Positions 17,907 to 28,015 of a stretch of DNA of 54,972 nt are shown here, piece after piece. Source of the stretch: a virus (lineage: Duplodnaviria > Caudoviricetes); the IMG/VR virus record IMGVR_UViG_3300023179_008764, positions 1 through 54,972 of that record; one strand, written 5' to 3'. The notes beneath the pieces were generated by a model. The model made no database searches. It was not told where the DNA came from and saw only the letters and a program-made list of their open reading frames with translations. Made by a program: the position numbers and the translations under genes. How positions within the stretch are numbered: position 1 is the stretch's first letter; each line of letters opens with the position of its first letter.

Positions 17907-18578
17907 TTATGCAGTTTTAAGAAAATTAAAGAAGCTAACAATTTGCTCCTTAAGGTATGATTGTAAATGCTTTACCGGTAGATTCTTTAATGAATTTTCA
18001 AAATTAGTATAAATTTCCTCTAGCTTACCGTTTTGGTTTAATACAAACTGTTTGCTTTCTAGAATACCATTTACAAAAGCAGATGGGCACGATGGATCAG
18101 CTACGCAATCTATAGCAATAAGGCGCATGTCTGTGACTCTATTAACACCACCAGCATCTTCATTGAGCTTACCTAAAGCTCTGCTAGACATTCCAACTTT
18201 AACTCCATCGTTGATAAGAGAACGTACAATCTGACCCATAGGAGTAGATAGCACTTGCGATTTACCCATTACATGATTACCTTCAAACTTTAAATCCGTT
18301 ACCATATGGCAGGCGCGCTCTAAATTAACTTCTGCAGAAGTAGGGTGATTTAACTCTCCCATAGCTCTCTGTGTTCTTACCATTTCTTTAATATATCTAC
18401 CTACTTCGCGTTGCATGTCATCGCGTTCATAAATACGTTGGTTTTTATTTACTTCATTACAAACCATATAAGGGCCTTTAATAAAAAGACGAGCTGGCTC
18501 TTTAGGATTTTTTTCCTCTAGAATATATTCAAATTGTTCCTGAGGTGCAGGTGTTTCGACTAATAGACTAAGCGCCAT
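17907..18578 (-). CDS. gp21: Prohead protease (gp21; start moved to ATG 18578)
   Basis: NKNQRIY, GELNHP, GMSSRALG, DCVADPS; TATAAATA-N5-ATG. Confidence 0.95.
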   Translation of the reverse strand: MALSLLVETPAPQEQFEYILEEKNPKEPARLFIKGPYMVCNEVNKNQRIYERDDMQREVGRYIKEMVRTQRAMGELNHPTSAEVNLERACHMVTDLKFEGNHVMGKSQVLSTPMGQIVRSLINDGVKVGMSSRALGKLNEDAGGVNRVTDMRLIAIDCVADPSCPSAFVNGILESKQFVLNQNGKLEEIYTNFENSLKNLPVKHLQSYLKEQIVSFFNFLKTA

Positions 18579-18601
18579 ATTATTATTTATATTCAAAGCT
18601 A

Positions 18602-19186
18602 TTAAGATTTCCTATTAAAATAAACTAATCCTGTACCCGTATAATGACCAAATTGTGTTATATTTTCTTTAGGTAAATCTATATCATTCCAAAAACTTCT
18701 CATACCTTCGTTGAGCCATATATCATCTACCATAAGCACACCGTCAAAATTAGCCTGCTTAAGAGCCTTGAATATAATAAACTCCTGTAATCCATCATGT
18801 GGGTCAATATCTAAAAATATTAATTTAGTATTTTTAAGTTCGTCTAAGTCGTCTAAAAAATTTTTTTTCTTAAATGTTATATTTTTTAAATCAAATATTG
18901 AATCACTTTGAGTTTTATTTGTCTTTTTAAGCTCAGAAATAAGATCGTTTAAATCGTAGGTAATAACTTTATTAGTTTTATTTTTAGATAAACATAATGC
19001 GCTCCACCCATAGTGTGTACCAATATCTATAAATTTACAATTGTTATAAGATTCTGAAATGTAAGCGAGTAGAGGATAGTGACTATGCCCTGCAGGTGAT
19101 AAAAACTCAACATCACCTGGTCCTATTGCATAAGGTTCCAATGTTTTAAGATCAACATTATTAAGGATATCCAAGCTTAGCTTCAT
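18602..19186 (-). CDS. Class I SAM-dependent methyltransferase (Methyltransf_24-like)
   Basis: IDIGTHYGWSA, IFLDIDPHDG, GVLMVDDI. Confidence 0.8.
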   Translation of the reverse strand: MKLSLDILNNVDLKTLEPYAIGPGDVEFLSPAGHSHYPLLAYISESYNNCKFIDIGTHYGWSALCLSKNKTNKVITYDLNDLISELKKTNKTQSDSIFDLKNITFKKKNFLDDLDELKNTKLIFLDIDPHDGLQEFIIFKALKQANFDGVLMVDDIWLNEGMRSFWNDIDLPKENITQFGHYTGTGLVYFNRKS

Positions 19187-19645
19187 CTACCTACTTATAC
19201 CCAGTTCTTTTTCAGTCAAGATAAGAAAAGAATAGTTCCTTTGCTCACACCATTTTTTTGCTGCTGCCCATTTGGCTTGATTTTGTACATATCTAGCGCT
19301 TTCATATACTAGTGTAGAGTGTTTTTTCTTACCTGCAACCGGTTTTTGAACTTGAGTACTAGGTTTTATTTCAACTACAAATTTTTTAATTGTTCCATTA
19401 TCATTTAAAGCTATTACCCCGTCTGTAAAATATCTATGTACTTTGCCATCGACCGGGTTGACGTATGGTATTATTATTGATTCACTGGCCCATTCTACAA
19501 TTTTAGGATTATCGTCACACCATCTAAAAAATTTTAGCTCCCATCCAGATCTGTAAATAGGTGTACCTCTGCCTACATACTTTGCTGTATTTTTGGGTTT
19601 AAAGATACCCTGTCTAAATTTATCTGATTTATTTAAAGGAATCAT
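19187..19645 (-). CDS. gp4: Head completion nuclease (gp4-like, TnsA-N fold)
   Basis: FKPKNTAKY, YRSGWELKFFRWCD, WASE, VEIKP, NQAKWAAA. Confidence 0.92.
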   Translation of the reverse strand: MIPLNKSDKFRQGIFKPKNTAKYVGRGTPIYRSGWELKFFRWCDDNPKIVEWASESIIIPYVNPVDGKVHRYFTDGVIALNDNGTIKKFVVEIKPSTQVQKPVAGKKKHSTLVYESARYVQNQAKWAAAKKWCEQRNYSFLILTEKELGISR

Positions 19646-20724
19646 TAGCCAACAAAGAATTGAGGCGGCGCACCGTCTCCAAAGCCTGTAGAGCCGCCTT
19701 GAAAAAGCTTCTCTTCTAGCGCTTTCTTTTCTTCTAGTCCTTGTGAAAGTAAATCATTAAAATTAATTTGACCACCTCCAAACATTGTTGTACCTGTGTA
19801 TTTTCCTCTAACATTACCTATTGCGATTTTACACAATGCGAGAGCGTATTGATAGACCCAAGGCTCTTTAATTAAATCACGTAAAGGTCTTTCTACATAA
19901 CAAGAAACTACACCATAAAATTTTGATCCCGAACCTGGAGTACGAGGAGGTGGATAAAAATTCATATATTGCGTGCGGTCATCAAAGGTAATATATCTTC
20001 TGGTTGCGAGTAATTTTTCTCTTACTTTTAGCCAGTCTTTTAAAACATACCAACTTATTAAGTCAAATCCATAATTACCCATAGCGTAACTAAAATATGT
20101 TTGCTGCGCTAATGTTTGCTCAATAGTAAAGAGAGTATTAACACCTGTAGACGAACCTTCTTCAAAATCGATTACATCTATAACTTTTCTATAGTCCATA
20201 ATATCATAATCAAAGCTATTAACTATTTTTTGAGTACTATTAGAAGAAGGAGCAAAATATTGTGCTAAAACACCATTGAAGTTTATTACACTAAGATAAT
20301 TTGTTTCAGTTAAAATTTGATTTTGAAAAATACCATCTTTATAGGTTGATGAAAGTGCTTGAGATGTAGAAAATGCAGTTGCGGGTAATGAAGAATTAGC
20401 TACATAAACTGTTTTAGATGGTATATTGGTTTTATTAAAATTAGGTGTGATGCTGAATAATTCGTCTAGCTTAACGCCTTTACCATCTATATAGAGGTCG
20501 GAATCAAATACTAAATACTCTTCTGTATAACCAGCATATTTTGCGAACATTTCACATGCTATTGAAATATTTTCAAATAATTGATCATGATGTATTTCTA
20601 GATTTAAAAGTGGCGCTCCCATAGAGCGAACAATTCTATCTCCTAATCTTTTAAATGAATCTATTTTACTATTAAGATTAGTACTCTGAAACGCTGTAAT
20701 CGGTGTTATTTCTGTACAATCCAT
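19645..20724 (-). CDS. gp13: Neck protein (gp13-like)
   Basis: RSMGAPLLNLEI, WVYQYALALCK, RGKY, PPQFFVG. Confidence 0.85.
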   Translation of the reverse strand: MDCTEITPITAFQSTNLNSKIDSFKRLGDRIVRSMGAPLLNLEIHHDQLFENISIACEMFAKYAGYTEEYLVFDSDLYIDGKGVKLDELFSITPNFNKTNIPSKTVYVANSSLPATAFSTSQALSSTYKDGIFQNQILTETNYLSVINFNGVLAQYFAPSSNSTQKIVNSFDYDIMDYRKVIDVIDFEEGSSTGVNTLFTIEQTLAQQTYFSYAMGNYGFDLISWYVLKDWLKVREKLLATRRYITFDDRTQYMNFYPPPRTPGSGSKFYGVVSCYVERPLRDLIKEPWVYQYALALCKIAIGNVRGKYTGTTMFGGGQINFNDLLSQGLEEKKALEEKLFQGGSTGFGDGAPPQFFVG

Positions 20725-20739
20725 ATAGGTATTTATGCA

Positions 20740-22539
20740 TTACTGTGTTGGAGCTGCGCTGCCTGCAGGGGCTCCTCCACCAGCTGCAGGAGCGGCTCCG
20801 CCTGCTGCTCCACCAGCTTCTGCACCCCCAGCTTCACCGCCAGCACCGCCTGGAGCAGGTCCAAATGCAGGGGGTATAGCTGATCCGCCACCACCACCAG
20901 CGCCTGCAGCGGGTTCAGCACCAGTTTCACCTGGAGTTACAGCGCCTACTTCACGCCAGTTAGGACCGTTATTAGTAATTTGATCTAATTCCCAAAGCAT
21001 TTCTCTATCTTTTCTTAAAAACTCTCTATTAGCCATTAAATCAGAATCAGACCAACCTAGATATTTCTTTTGTGCAAAAGTCTTAGAAACAAGATCGCTT
21101 TGAGTAATACTATTAAAGTTCTCTGCTTTAATTTGAAACTTTTGATTTTCTCTTAACTCGTAAAAGTTTGTAGGTACATTAAAATGCAAATCTAAATGTT
21201 GCTCTTTAAGATGCATATCTTCCCAAATCTTTTTAAGCTTAAGGTGTGTAATAAACCCATTCTTAAGACCGCATGCAAATTTTTGCTGTAGTCTAATAAT
21301 AAAACGTGCAAATTTTAGTTCTTCTCTAAGAATATCGGTACCGTCTCTAAAAGCATCATTTTCGTCAAGTCTTGTTGTAGGTACCTTTAAAGCCTTATAA
21401 AGCTTTTTAACGAAATACATTAAGTCAGTTAACTCGCCAAGATTTGCTCCACCTTGAAGCTGATCTACAGTAGTACCTTCTGACCCAGCACGCTTTGCAA
21501 ACCAAAAGCTATCTAACATGCTTTGAGGGTTAAACTTTTGTACTGTAGCGGCTTGACTGTCGTCATATGTACGGCGTGACCAATAATTGTTCATTAATTT
21601 TCTAAGATATGCTTCAGCTTTAGGCGGTGACATATTACCAACATCAACGTTAAAAACTAGACGCTCAGGGGCTCTAACTAATCTATAAATTACAATAGCG
21701 TCTTCAATAAGAGATAATTGACGGTAAGCTCTCCTAGCATTTTCAATAAAGGGTAATCTTAAAGTTTTATTTTCATTCCATATACCAGAATTAATATATG
21801 TTACTTGATTTGTGTCCATCGGAATCATTTCTATTTTAACAACCTTACCCGGGGTCTTAGGATCGTAAACATTCTTTCTTAGTAAATAGCCCCTTACAAT
21901 TTGATTTTGTACATTCTCAAAAATTGGATCGATTATATCTGTAGGTATAGTTACTACACCTAAAATTCCTTCCTCAGGATATTTTTTATGTATAATATGC
22001 TCCCAATAAAGCTCTGCATCAACTAACAATTGTCTTAAATATTCCCAGCCTTTATTTTCTAAATCAAAGAAATTAATATACTTTTGAAATTCTTTTTTAA
22101 GCTTTTCTTTTTGTTCTTCCGATAGATTTGATTCTTTAAATTTTAATTTAACAATCTCATTATTATCGTCTTTGTTAATAAATTCATCACAAATTTCATC
22201 TAGTGCGTCTGATACTTCTGAAAATGCAGCCATTACTCTATAGTCCATTAACCTTCTGCCCTTATCGGGCTGAATGTTAGCATACATAAAGTTATGATAA
22301 TCTTTATTTTGAATTACATTTGCATAAAGATCGTCAGTAAACAATAAGGATGATGAAATCGATTGTCTTGATAAGGCTTCTTCTCTGTGTGTACCTTTAT
22401 CAAAAAATTCCTCGTATTTTGGATTAAGTTTATTAATTTTATCTTCAATTCCAATAGATTGGTATGGTAATTTAGATGAAATAAATTTCATTAAATCTCT
22501 ACCAAACGTACTCTCTCTATTTGGATCTTGTTCGGGCAT
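20740..22539 (-). CDS. gp20: Portal protein (gp20) with Gly/Ala/Pro-rich C-terminal tail
   Basis: QLSLIEDAIVIYRLVRAPERLVFNVDVGNM, YFVKKLYKALKVP, REELKF. Confidence 0.97.
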   Translation of the reverse strand: MPEQDPNRESTFGRDLMKFISSKLPYQSIGIEDKINKLNPKYEEFFDKGTHREEALSRQSISSSLLFTDDLYANVIQNKDYHNFMYANIQPDKGRRLMDYRVMAAFSEVSDALDEICDEFINKDDNNEIVKLKFKESNLSEEQKEKLKKEFQKYINFFDLENKGWEYLRQLLVDAELYWEHIIHKKYPEEGILGVVTIPTDIIDPIFENVQNQIVRGYLLRKNVYDPKTPGKVVKIEMIPMDTNQVTYINSGIWNENKTLRLPFIENARRAYRQLSLIEDAIVIYRLVRAPERLVFNVDVGNMSPPKAEAYLRKLMNNYWSRRTYDDSQAATVQKFNPQSMLDSFWFAKRAGSEGTTVDQLQGGANLGELTDLMYFVKKLYKALKVPTTRLDENDAFRDGTDILREELKFARFIIRLQQKFACGLKNGFITHLKLKKIWEDMHLKEQHLDLHFNVPTNFYELRENQKFQIKAENFNSITQSDLVSKTFAQKKYLGWSDSDLMANREFLRKDREMLWELDQITNNGPNWREVGAVTPGETGAEPAAGAGGGGGSAIPPAFGPAPGGAGGEAGGAEAGGAAGGAAPAAGGGAPAGSAAPTQ

Positions 22540-22591
22540 ATAACCTAATTATTTATTAAAAAAAATAAAACTTAAACTATAAATAGCAAAA

Positions 22592-23392
22592 TTAATAGAT
22601 ATAGTTACTCCCAGTAAATGTGGGGTTACCTGATATGGACACTACTTCTGTTTCATTGACTAATCCTGTGCTTATAGGATATACTATAGTCGAAGATAAA
22701 TCGTCATATGTTGTAATGTTTGCTTCAGTATGAAAATTGGCATCTATCTGATAAATATTGCCAACAGGAGCTTCTACAGCAGGGAATAACCATCCTTTAA
22801 TAACGAATCCTGTATCACCTACTATTCTATACTTTTCATTTGCTTGTAATTCAACAGGATACGATAGATTAATATTTCCGTCCCATAATACTTCACTTCT
22901 TATTTCTTGTAAAGCGGTATAGTTAGGGTTTAATAGACCGAGCGGTATTTTCCAAGATAGAATTATATAAGGATTGCTGTAAGGAACAAAATTAGATATT
23001 ATTTGATCCATATCCGTTTGAAACTTGGTAATTATAGACATAGCTATGCCAATATTAACAGGAATAGGTGTTCTATAAAATTGTGATACATTTCTAGCAT
23101 CGTTGTCAGAAAGACCCTTAGAAATATAAAAACCTGCTAGTTTATTAAAAACTCGAGATTCATCTCTAGCTACGCTTGTAATGTTAATAGCAACTGCAGG
23201 AACAGTTATGTTTTGAGCTTTATTGACCAAATCATACAAAACTCTTTGCTTTGGTGCGTATACATATCTAACTTGTACTTTGTTTTGTGATACTCTGTTC
23301 TTATCATATCTTTTAATAATAATATCATCAAACGCAGCTGTAAACTGCGTTATTAAATCTTTTATTTCAAAATGATAAGTCTCTTTTCTCAC
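22592..23392 (-). CDS. gp15: Tail terminator / sheath stabilizer (gp15-like)
   Basis: FTAAFDDIIIKR, VRYVYAPKQR, DMDQIISNFVPY, IKGWLF. Confidence 0.8.
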   Translation of the reverse strand: MRKETYHFEIKDLITQFTAAFDDIIIKRYDKNRVSQNKVQVRYVYAPKQRVLYDLVNKAQNITVPAVAINITSVARDESRVFNKLAGFYISKGLSDNDARNVSQFYRTPIPVNIGIAMSIITKFQTDMDQIISNFVPYSNPYIILSWKIPLGLLNPNYTALQEIRSEVLWDGNINLSYPVELQANEKYRIVGDTGFVIKGWLFPAVEAPVGNIYQIDANFHTEANITTYDDLSSTIVYPISTGLVNETEVVSISGNPTFTGSNYIY

Positions 23393-23403
23393 AGTATTAT
23401 TTA

Positions 23404-25035
23404 TTAAACTATTCTATCTATAAAATATTTAGGAAGTTTATCTTTAGACCTTTTTAATGTACTAACGATGTTTCCATCTAAAATGTACGTGGTAGAAAAA
23501 TCTTGCTTACTTCTTGTAGCTCTTCCACATGCTTGTACTAATGCGTTTAACATTTTATTTTCATACCAATTCTTATCTTCATCAAACAATTTTTTAATAT
23601 GCTTTGATGATAGCGGTGGAAAAGGTAGTTTAATAATAATTTGAAATCGAGCTAAATGATCTTTTAGATCTACACCAAATGCAAGGGAAGGTGAAACGAG
23701 TATGGTAGGAAAATCTGTCTCATAGTGTTCTTTTAAAATATCTTCATTATTTGCTAAATCATTTCGAAACAAAAATCGTTTATTATTTGATAATTTATTT
23801 TGAATAAAATTAGTTATATCACGCGAGTGAGTATGTATAATACCTTTTTCAGTTTTATGGTGCTCAATAATAGTTTTAATCTGATCACATATTAAAGGTA
23901 ATGTATTGGTTAAATTTTTATAATTAAGTTTATTTTTTGATGATACGTAAATGGGTGATTTTGCAGGATCAAACCCACTCTCACCTTCTACGTACTCATA
24001 ATCAGTAATTCCTAAAGTTTTAGCAAAATTTTTATGATCAATAATCGTAGCCGACATAAGCAAGATATTATCTGCATAATCAAAAACAAATTTTGTTAGT
24101 TTATTAGCACGTAGAGGTGTAAATGTAACTTTCTTTGAATCTTTGTCTATTACAAATTCGCAATCTTTCCATAAACCATCAACAGTAGAAAGCGAATTAT
24201 GAAGATTCTTTAAATATTGTAATTTTATCTTTTCTGGTTGAGAAAGTGTTCTTTGTTTTTTGTTAACACGATTTATTAATGAGTTTATTTGTTCACTTAC
24301 ATTAAAGATTAAATCATATATCCATGCACGAATTTTATCTCTATCCTCATGTAAAAGAAGTTTGTGAGTTATATTATACGCTTTTAACCTGTCATAATTT
24401 ACTTCTGCAGAAAATTGTTTAATTAGCTCATCTTCTAATTCTGATGCTTCGTCACAAATAATAAAGTTTTTTCTTTTTACATGGCTCGGTAAAGCTAAAA
24501 ACATTTTATAATTTAGTACCGCAAATTTTGACAATACAGCATTATTTCTGGAATTGTAATAAGGACAGCGATTTTTTTCCCAACACTCATCTCTTATTTT
24601 TGAAACCAATACACAGGGAGCTGTTTCTACGTCAAAATTTTGATCAACATCGCATACGTAATTAGATTTACCTTTTAATATATCTGTATCGGGAAAAAGT
24701 TTTAAATATTGGTCCTGAAGTGATTTTGTTATAGTTAATGCAAAAGTCCCAAATGGTGGCTCTGATAAACAGTCTACTTCATTTATGTAATTGCCAAAAT
24801 AATCTTGTTTGTATGCGGCATATGTGTAGATGTTCTCTGCAAATTTATGTGAAGGACCAGAACTTATACCGGACAATGTTTTAGCTAAAAAACTTTTACC
24901 TGTACCGGTAGGTGCACAACAAATGACAAATTTTTTACCACTATTAAAAGCACGCTCTATATTTTTAATAAGCTTTGCTTGCTGTGTGCTCGGTTCATAT
25001 TCTTTTGGAAAATGATTTAAATATCTACTAAACAC
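23404..25035 (-). CDS. DinG/Rad3-like ATP-dependent helicase
   Basis: APTGTGKS, LKGKSNYVC with further Cys (CPY), DEASE, MSAT, QACGRATR. Confidence 0.88.
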   Translation of the reverse strand: MFSRYLNHFPKEYEPSTQQAKLIKNIERAFNSGKKFVICCAPTGTGKSFLAKTLSGISSGPSHKFAENIYTYAAYKQDYFGNYINEVDCLSEPPFGTFALTITKSLQDQYLKLFPDTDILKGKSNYVCDVDQNFDVETAPCVLVSKIRDECWEKNRCPYYNSRNNAVLSKFAVLNYKMFLALPSHVKRKNFIICDEASELEDELIKQFSAEVNYDRLKAYNITHKLLLHEDRDKIRAWIYDLIFNVSEQINSLINRVNKKQRTLSQPEKIKLQYLKNLHNSLSTVDGLWKDCEFVIDKDSKKVTFTPLRANKLTKFVFDYADNILLMSATIIDHKNFAKTLGITDYEYVEGESGFDPAKSPIYVSSKNKLNYKNLTNTLPLICDQIKTIIEHHKTEKGIIHTHSRDITNFIQNKLSNNKRFLFRNDLANNEDILKEHYETDFPTILVSPSLAFGVDLKDHLARFQIIIKLPFPPLSSKHIKKLFDEDKNWYENKMLNALVQACGRATRSKQDFSTTYILDGNIVSTLKRSKDKLPKYFIDRIV

Positions 25036-25053
25036 AAACTATATTATAGTATA

Positions 25054-25401
25054 TTAAATTGGCTTTACAAATACTTTTTTATTAAACAATTTTGACGGCT
25101 TTCCAATATTAATTTTTTTGTATTTCTCGTAAAGCTCGCCATTATACCTACAAAATGAATCTACTGTATAATCAAAAAGTAAATTATCATCTTTTGTCGT
25201 AAAAGAAAAGGGATATGGTATTTCGTAAATAATTTTTTTATTCTTTTTTTCTTCCGAAACAATAGTAAAAATACAGAAAAAATCTTTTATACAAAATAAA
25301 ATAAGTTTACCTTTTTTAATAAGTTTAGACTCAAGGTAAAATCCTATATTTTTTTGCAGTAATTTGCTAACTGCCTTTTCAATTAATTCTGCTGATGTCA
25401 T
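25054..25401 (-). CDS. Hypothetical protein
   Basis: 115-aa ORF with ATGA overlap. Confidence 0.65.
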   Translation of the reverse strand: MTSAELIEKAVSKLLQKNIGFYLESKLIKKGKLILFCIKDFFCIFTIVSEEKKNKKIIYEIPYPFSFTTKDDNLLFDYTVDSFCRYNGELYEKYKKINIGKPSKLFNKKVFVKPI

Positions 25402-25775
25402 GCGTTCATAAACCTCAATTTATCGTTAGGTGAAAGTAGCGCTAACCTTTCATTAAAAAATTTCCAAAAACTTTCATTAGCGGGAATAGCTTGAATTAAA
25501 TTACACGCAGCCATATTAATACATCTGTAATCCTGCATAAAAATATCCCAAGTAATAAGAACATTACTAGCTGTAGGGTTAAATTTAGGTTGATTAATAG
25601 CTCTACGGTAGTTTAATGCTAAACGCCCCTCAGGGCTCATAAGAAGCTTTAAATTATTTGTACAAAGCATTCTGCGGGTAGGTGCAGATCCAAGCTTAGG
25701 GCGCTTACGCACAAACTTGATCTCAGCTACGTTGCTTAGCAGGATGTTTTTTAACGTGGGAAGCGACACTTTCAT
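25398..25775 (-). CDS. Conserved phage protein (DUF2693/SH3-barrel-like)
   Basis: EIKFVRK...RRMLCT...ITWDIFMQDYRCI pattern. Confidence 0.55.
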   Translation of the reverse strand: MKVSLPTLKNILLSNVAEIKFVRKRPKLGSAPTRRMLCTNNLKLLMSPEGRLALNYRRAINQPKFNPTASNVLITWDIFMQDYRCINMAACNLIQAIPANESFWKFFNERLALLSPNDKLRFMNA

Positions 25776-26178
25776 TATCGTTTCTTATTGAGCATATTCC
25801 AAATATTCTTTGCTCGTTTAAAAAGAGACCTTTCTTTAAATTTCCATAACCGTCAATATCTAAGTTTGCAACTGGTACACCGAGATTATTAGGGAAACAA
25901 ACATGATCTCCTTTCTTAACATACTTTGCAGTTGGTCCACAAAGTATTACTTCACCAATACGCCACGCTTTTGTATCTGCATTAATCGGAATAACAATTC
26001 CATTTCGTACAATAGAAGACCCATCTTCTGTTTCATCTACATATTTAACTAGTAAAACATCATCTAAAACTGCATTAAGATTATAACCATAAAAAACAGA
26101 ATTAAACGAATTCTTAGGTAGTTCAGATAAATCAATTAAACTTTTATGTACCGGTAATAAATCTATATTGGCTGACAT
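25723..26178 (-). CDS. GroES-like co-chaperonin (gp31-like capsid chaperone)
   Basis: DDVLLVK, GIVIP, GEVILCGP..VKKGDHVCF, FLNEQRIFG. Confidence 0.8.
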   Translation of the reverse strand: MSANIDLLPVHKSLIDLSELPKNSFNSVFYGYNLNAVLDDVLLVKYVDETEDGSSIVRNGIVIPINADTKAWRIGEVILCGPTAKYVKKGDHVCFPNNLGVPVANLDIDGYGNLKKGLFLNEQRIFGICSIRNDNESVASHVKKHPAKQRS

Positions 26179-26193
26179 GTTAAATAGATTTAA

Positions 26194-26568
26194 TTACTTC
26201 TTAAGATAGTTCAACTTAGAGATATAATCGAGTATTTCTCTTTGTGAAAGTTCTTTGTTTTTAGCTATAAGAGAAACAGTGTCAAGTTCTTTGTCGTCTT
26301 TATTTTCTTTTATTTTTTTAATATAATTTATCTTCTTTGCAGGTACTTTAGGAAACAAAGCCATAAACAAAGAATATAAATCTTTTTTATTGTCAAAAAC
26401 GCCTAGGTATTTGTTAATTATATTTGATGTCAACGCCACCTGAGAGGAATACATACTTAGCCAGCGGTTTACAAGAAAAGGAATAAAGTCTCCTTCTTCG
26501 TCTACCGTATTAAAACAAGTTTGTTTTTTTGTAAATAAAATATCTTTAATGACGTCAAAAATGGTCAT
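26194..26568 (-). CDS. gp62: Clamp loader small subunit (gp62-like)
   Basis: IFDVIKDI, FIPFLVNRWLSM, ELSQRE. Confidence 0.7.
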   Translation of the reverse strand: MTIFDVIKDILFTKKQTCFNTVDEEGDFIPFLVNRWLSMYSSQVALTSNIINKYLGVFDNKKDLYSLFMALFPKVPAKKINYIKKIKENKDDKELDTVSLIAKNKELSQREILDYISKLNYLKK

Positions 26569-27152
26569 TAACTAATAACCTTTGATGTAGCAATAAAGAT
26601 ATCATCGTTCAATTCATAAAATAACTTTATTACATCGCTCATAAATTGGGTTGCTTGCTCATTTGTCAAATTTGTTGAAAAAGCAAACGCAGGAGCTTTT
26701 TTACCTGCGGTAATATTAATACCCGTATGGCCTAACGCGACATTATTTTTAGAATATGTAATGCTTACGCTACACTTTCCCTTAGGCTGTGTAATACCGC
26801 CTTGTGAGTGTTCCTTATGCACAATAAGATCATCACCATCAACCTCAATAGGCGCCTTTAAATATTGAGTACTAAGAATATTAGCAATTTGTGTATTAAA
26901 TAGCCTTTGCCACGCCACTGCACCAAAAGGATCTAACATAGGTATTTCCCATAAAAAGTTAATAGCGTCATCACTATAAATGTAATCATTATTAAGAACA
27001 TCTTCACTATCTATCATACCTTCAAGCTCAACCTTCATCGGAGCTCTAAATGCAACAATATTACCAATAGGGAGTGTCTTTTCTCTAAAAAATTTATATG
27101 CAAATCTTGCATGTAACAGTTTACCGTCGTATATATTTTGCTCAATAATCAT
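26568..27152 (-). CDS. DUF366-family protein (biotin/lipoate ligase-like fold)
   Basis: YDG, IVAFRAPM, MIDSED, QRLF, DGDDL, KCSVSI, HTGINI. Confidence 0.7.
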   Translation of the reverse strand: MIIEQNIYDGKLLHARFAYKFFREKTLPIGNIVAFRAPMKVELEGMIDSEDVLNNDYIYSDDAINFLWEIPMLDPFGAVAWQRLFNTQIANILSTQYLKAPIEVDGDDLIVHKEHSQGGITQPKGKCSVSITYSKNNVALGHTGINITAGKKAPAFAFSTNLTNEQATQFMSDVIKLFYELNDDIFIATSKVIS

Positions 27153-27166
27153 AAAAACATTATATA

Positions 27167-28015
27167 TTATAATTTGTAGGATTCAAGAATTTTTAAAACT
27201 TGTTCAGACATTTTTTCTAGAGTAAAATAATTTTTATATACTTCTTTTCCTGTTTTTAGCATAGATTCTTTTTTGTCAGAAGAAATAGATTTAAGTATTG
27301 TTTTAATATTTTTTATGTCTTTACGCTCAATTAATACACAAAATTCACTCCAATTAACGTATTGTTTAAAAGGTAACCATTCTCTATCGTAAACATATAC
27401 TGGAATAGAGTTTAACTGAAACGTCTCATAAAGCCTAAAACTCGACGGCCCATACCCCCTAGGGCATAATGTAAATTCTGATTTAGCTGTAGTTGTAATA
27501 AAATTATTAAATTGCTCTTTAGATATCACCCTACTCCATTCAGACACATCCAATTTAAAATCACTATCATTTTTAAAAAAATCATAAATGTTTCTTCTGA
27601 TTTTATGCGTTAATGTACCTACAAACGAGCAAAAATATTCTTTTTGTAAGAGCGGTCTTTCTTCTAATGATGAGCATATTAATGGGAGTGGAATGCCTTT
27701 TCCATTACCACCAGCTTCAAAGCTAATTGTGTTTTGAGGTAAAATTTCTGCTACTGCATCATCCTGCTGCGATACGCAAAAATAATTTCCTTCTGGTAAA
27801 GCATTTAAATAGGGTTGAATTAAATGGCGATTTTCATTTTGGTTGTAAACGGCTGTCCAAAAAACAGGAATTAGTGTAAAGCTAGTTTGTTTAAAGCGTG
27901 CTTTATTTTTAAGATAAAATTCATAAAAATATTCTTCTAAATATAACCCTTTGTGGTAGGGTGGATAGGTAGGGTATCTTGCAGGTACCCTTAAATTTTT
28001 AAAATCGTAAGTCAT
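27167..28015 (-). CDS. Exostosin-like (GT47) glycosyltransferase
   Basis: SFVG, FTLCPRGYGPSSFRLYE, IPVY, WLPF. Confidence 0.85.
   Translation of the reverse strand: MTYDFKNLRVPARYPTYPPYHKGLYLEEYFYEFYLKNKARFKQTSFTLIPVFWTAVYNQNENRHLIQPYLNALPEGNYFCVSQQDDAVAEILPQNTISFEAGGNGKGIPLPLICSSLEERPLLQKEYFCSFVGTLTHKIRRNIYDFFKNDSDFKLDVSEWSRVISKEQFNNFITTTAKSEFTLCPRGYGPSSFRLYETFQLNSIPVYVYDREWLPFKQYVNWSEFCVLIERKDIKNIKTILKSISSDKKESMLKTGKEVYKNYFTLEKMSEQVLKILESYKL

Noticed and set aside
19187-19645. TnsA-like nuclease as a transposon gene
   Set aside because: Matches T4 gp4 and lies in the head module; no transposase or terminal repeats
20733-20983. Two extra ORFs over the portal tail
   Set aside because: Shadows of the G/A/P-rich coding sequence
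22578-22585. Plus-strand TATAAATA pointing antisense into gp15
   Set aside because: No downstream ORF, and plausible by chance in an extremely AT-rich gap; needs RNA data
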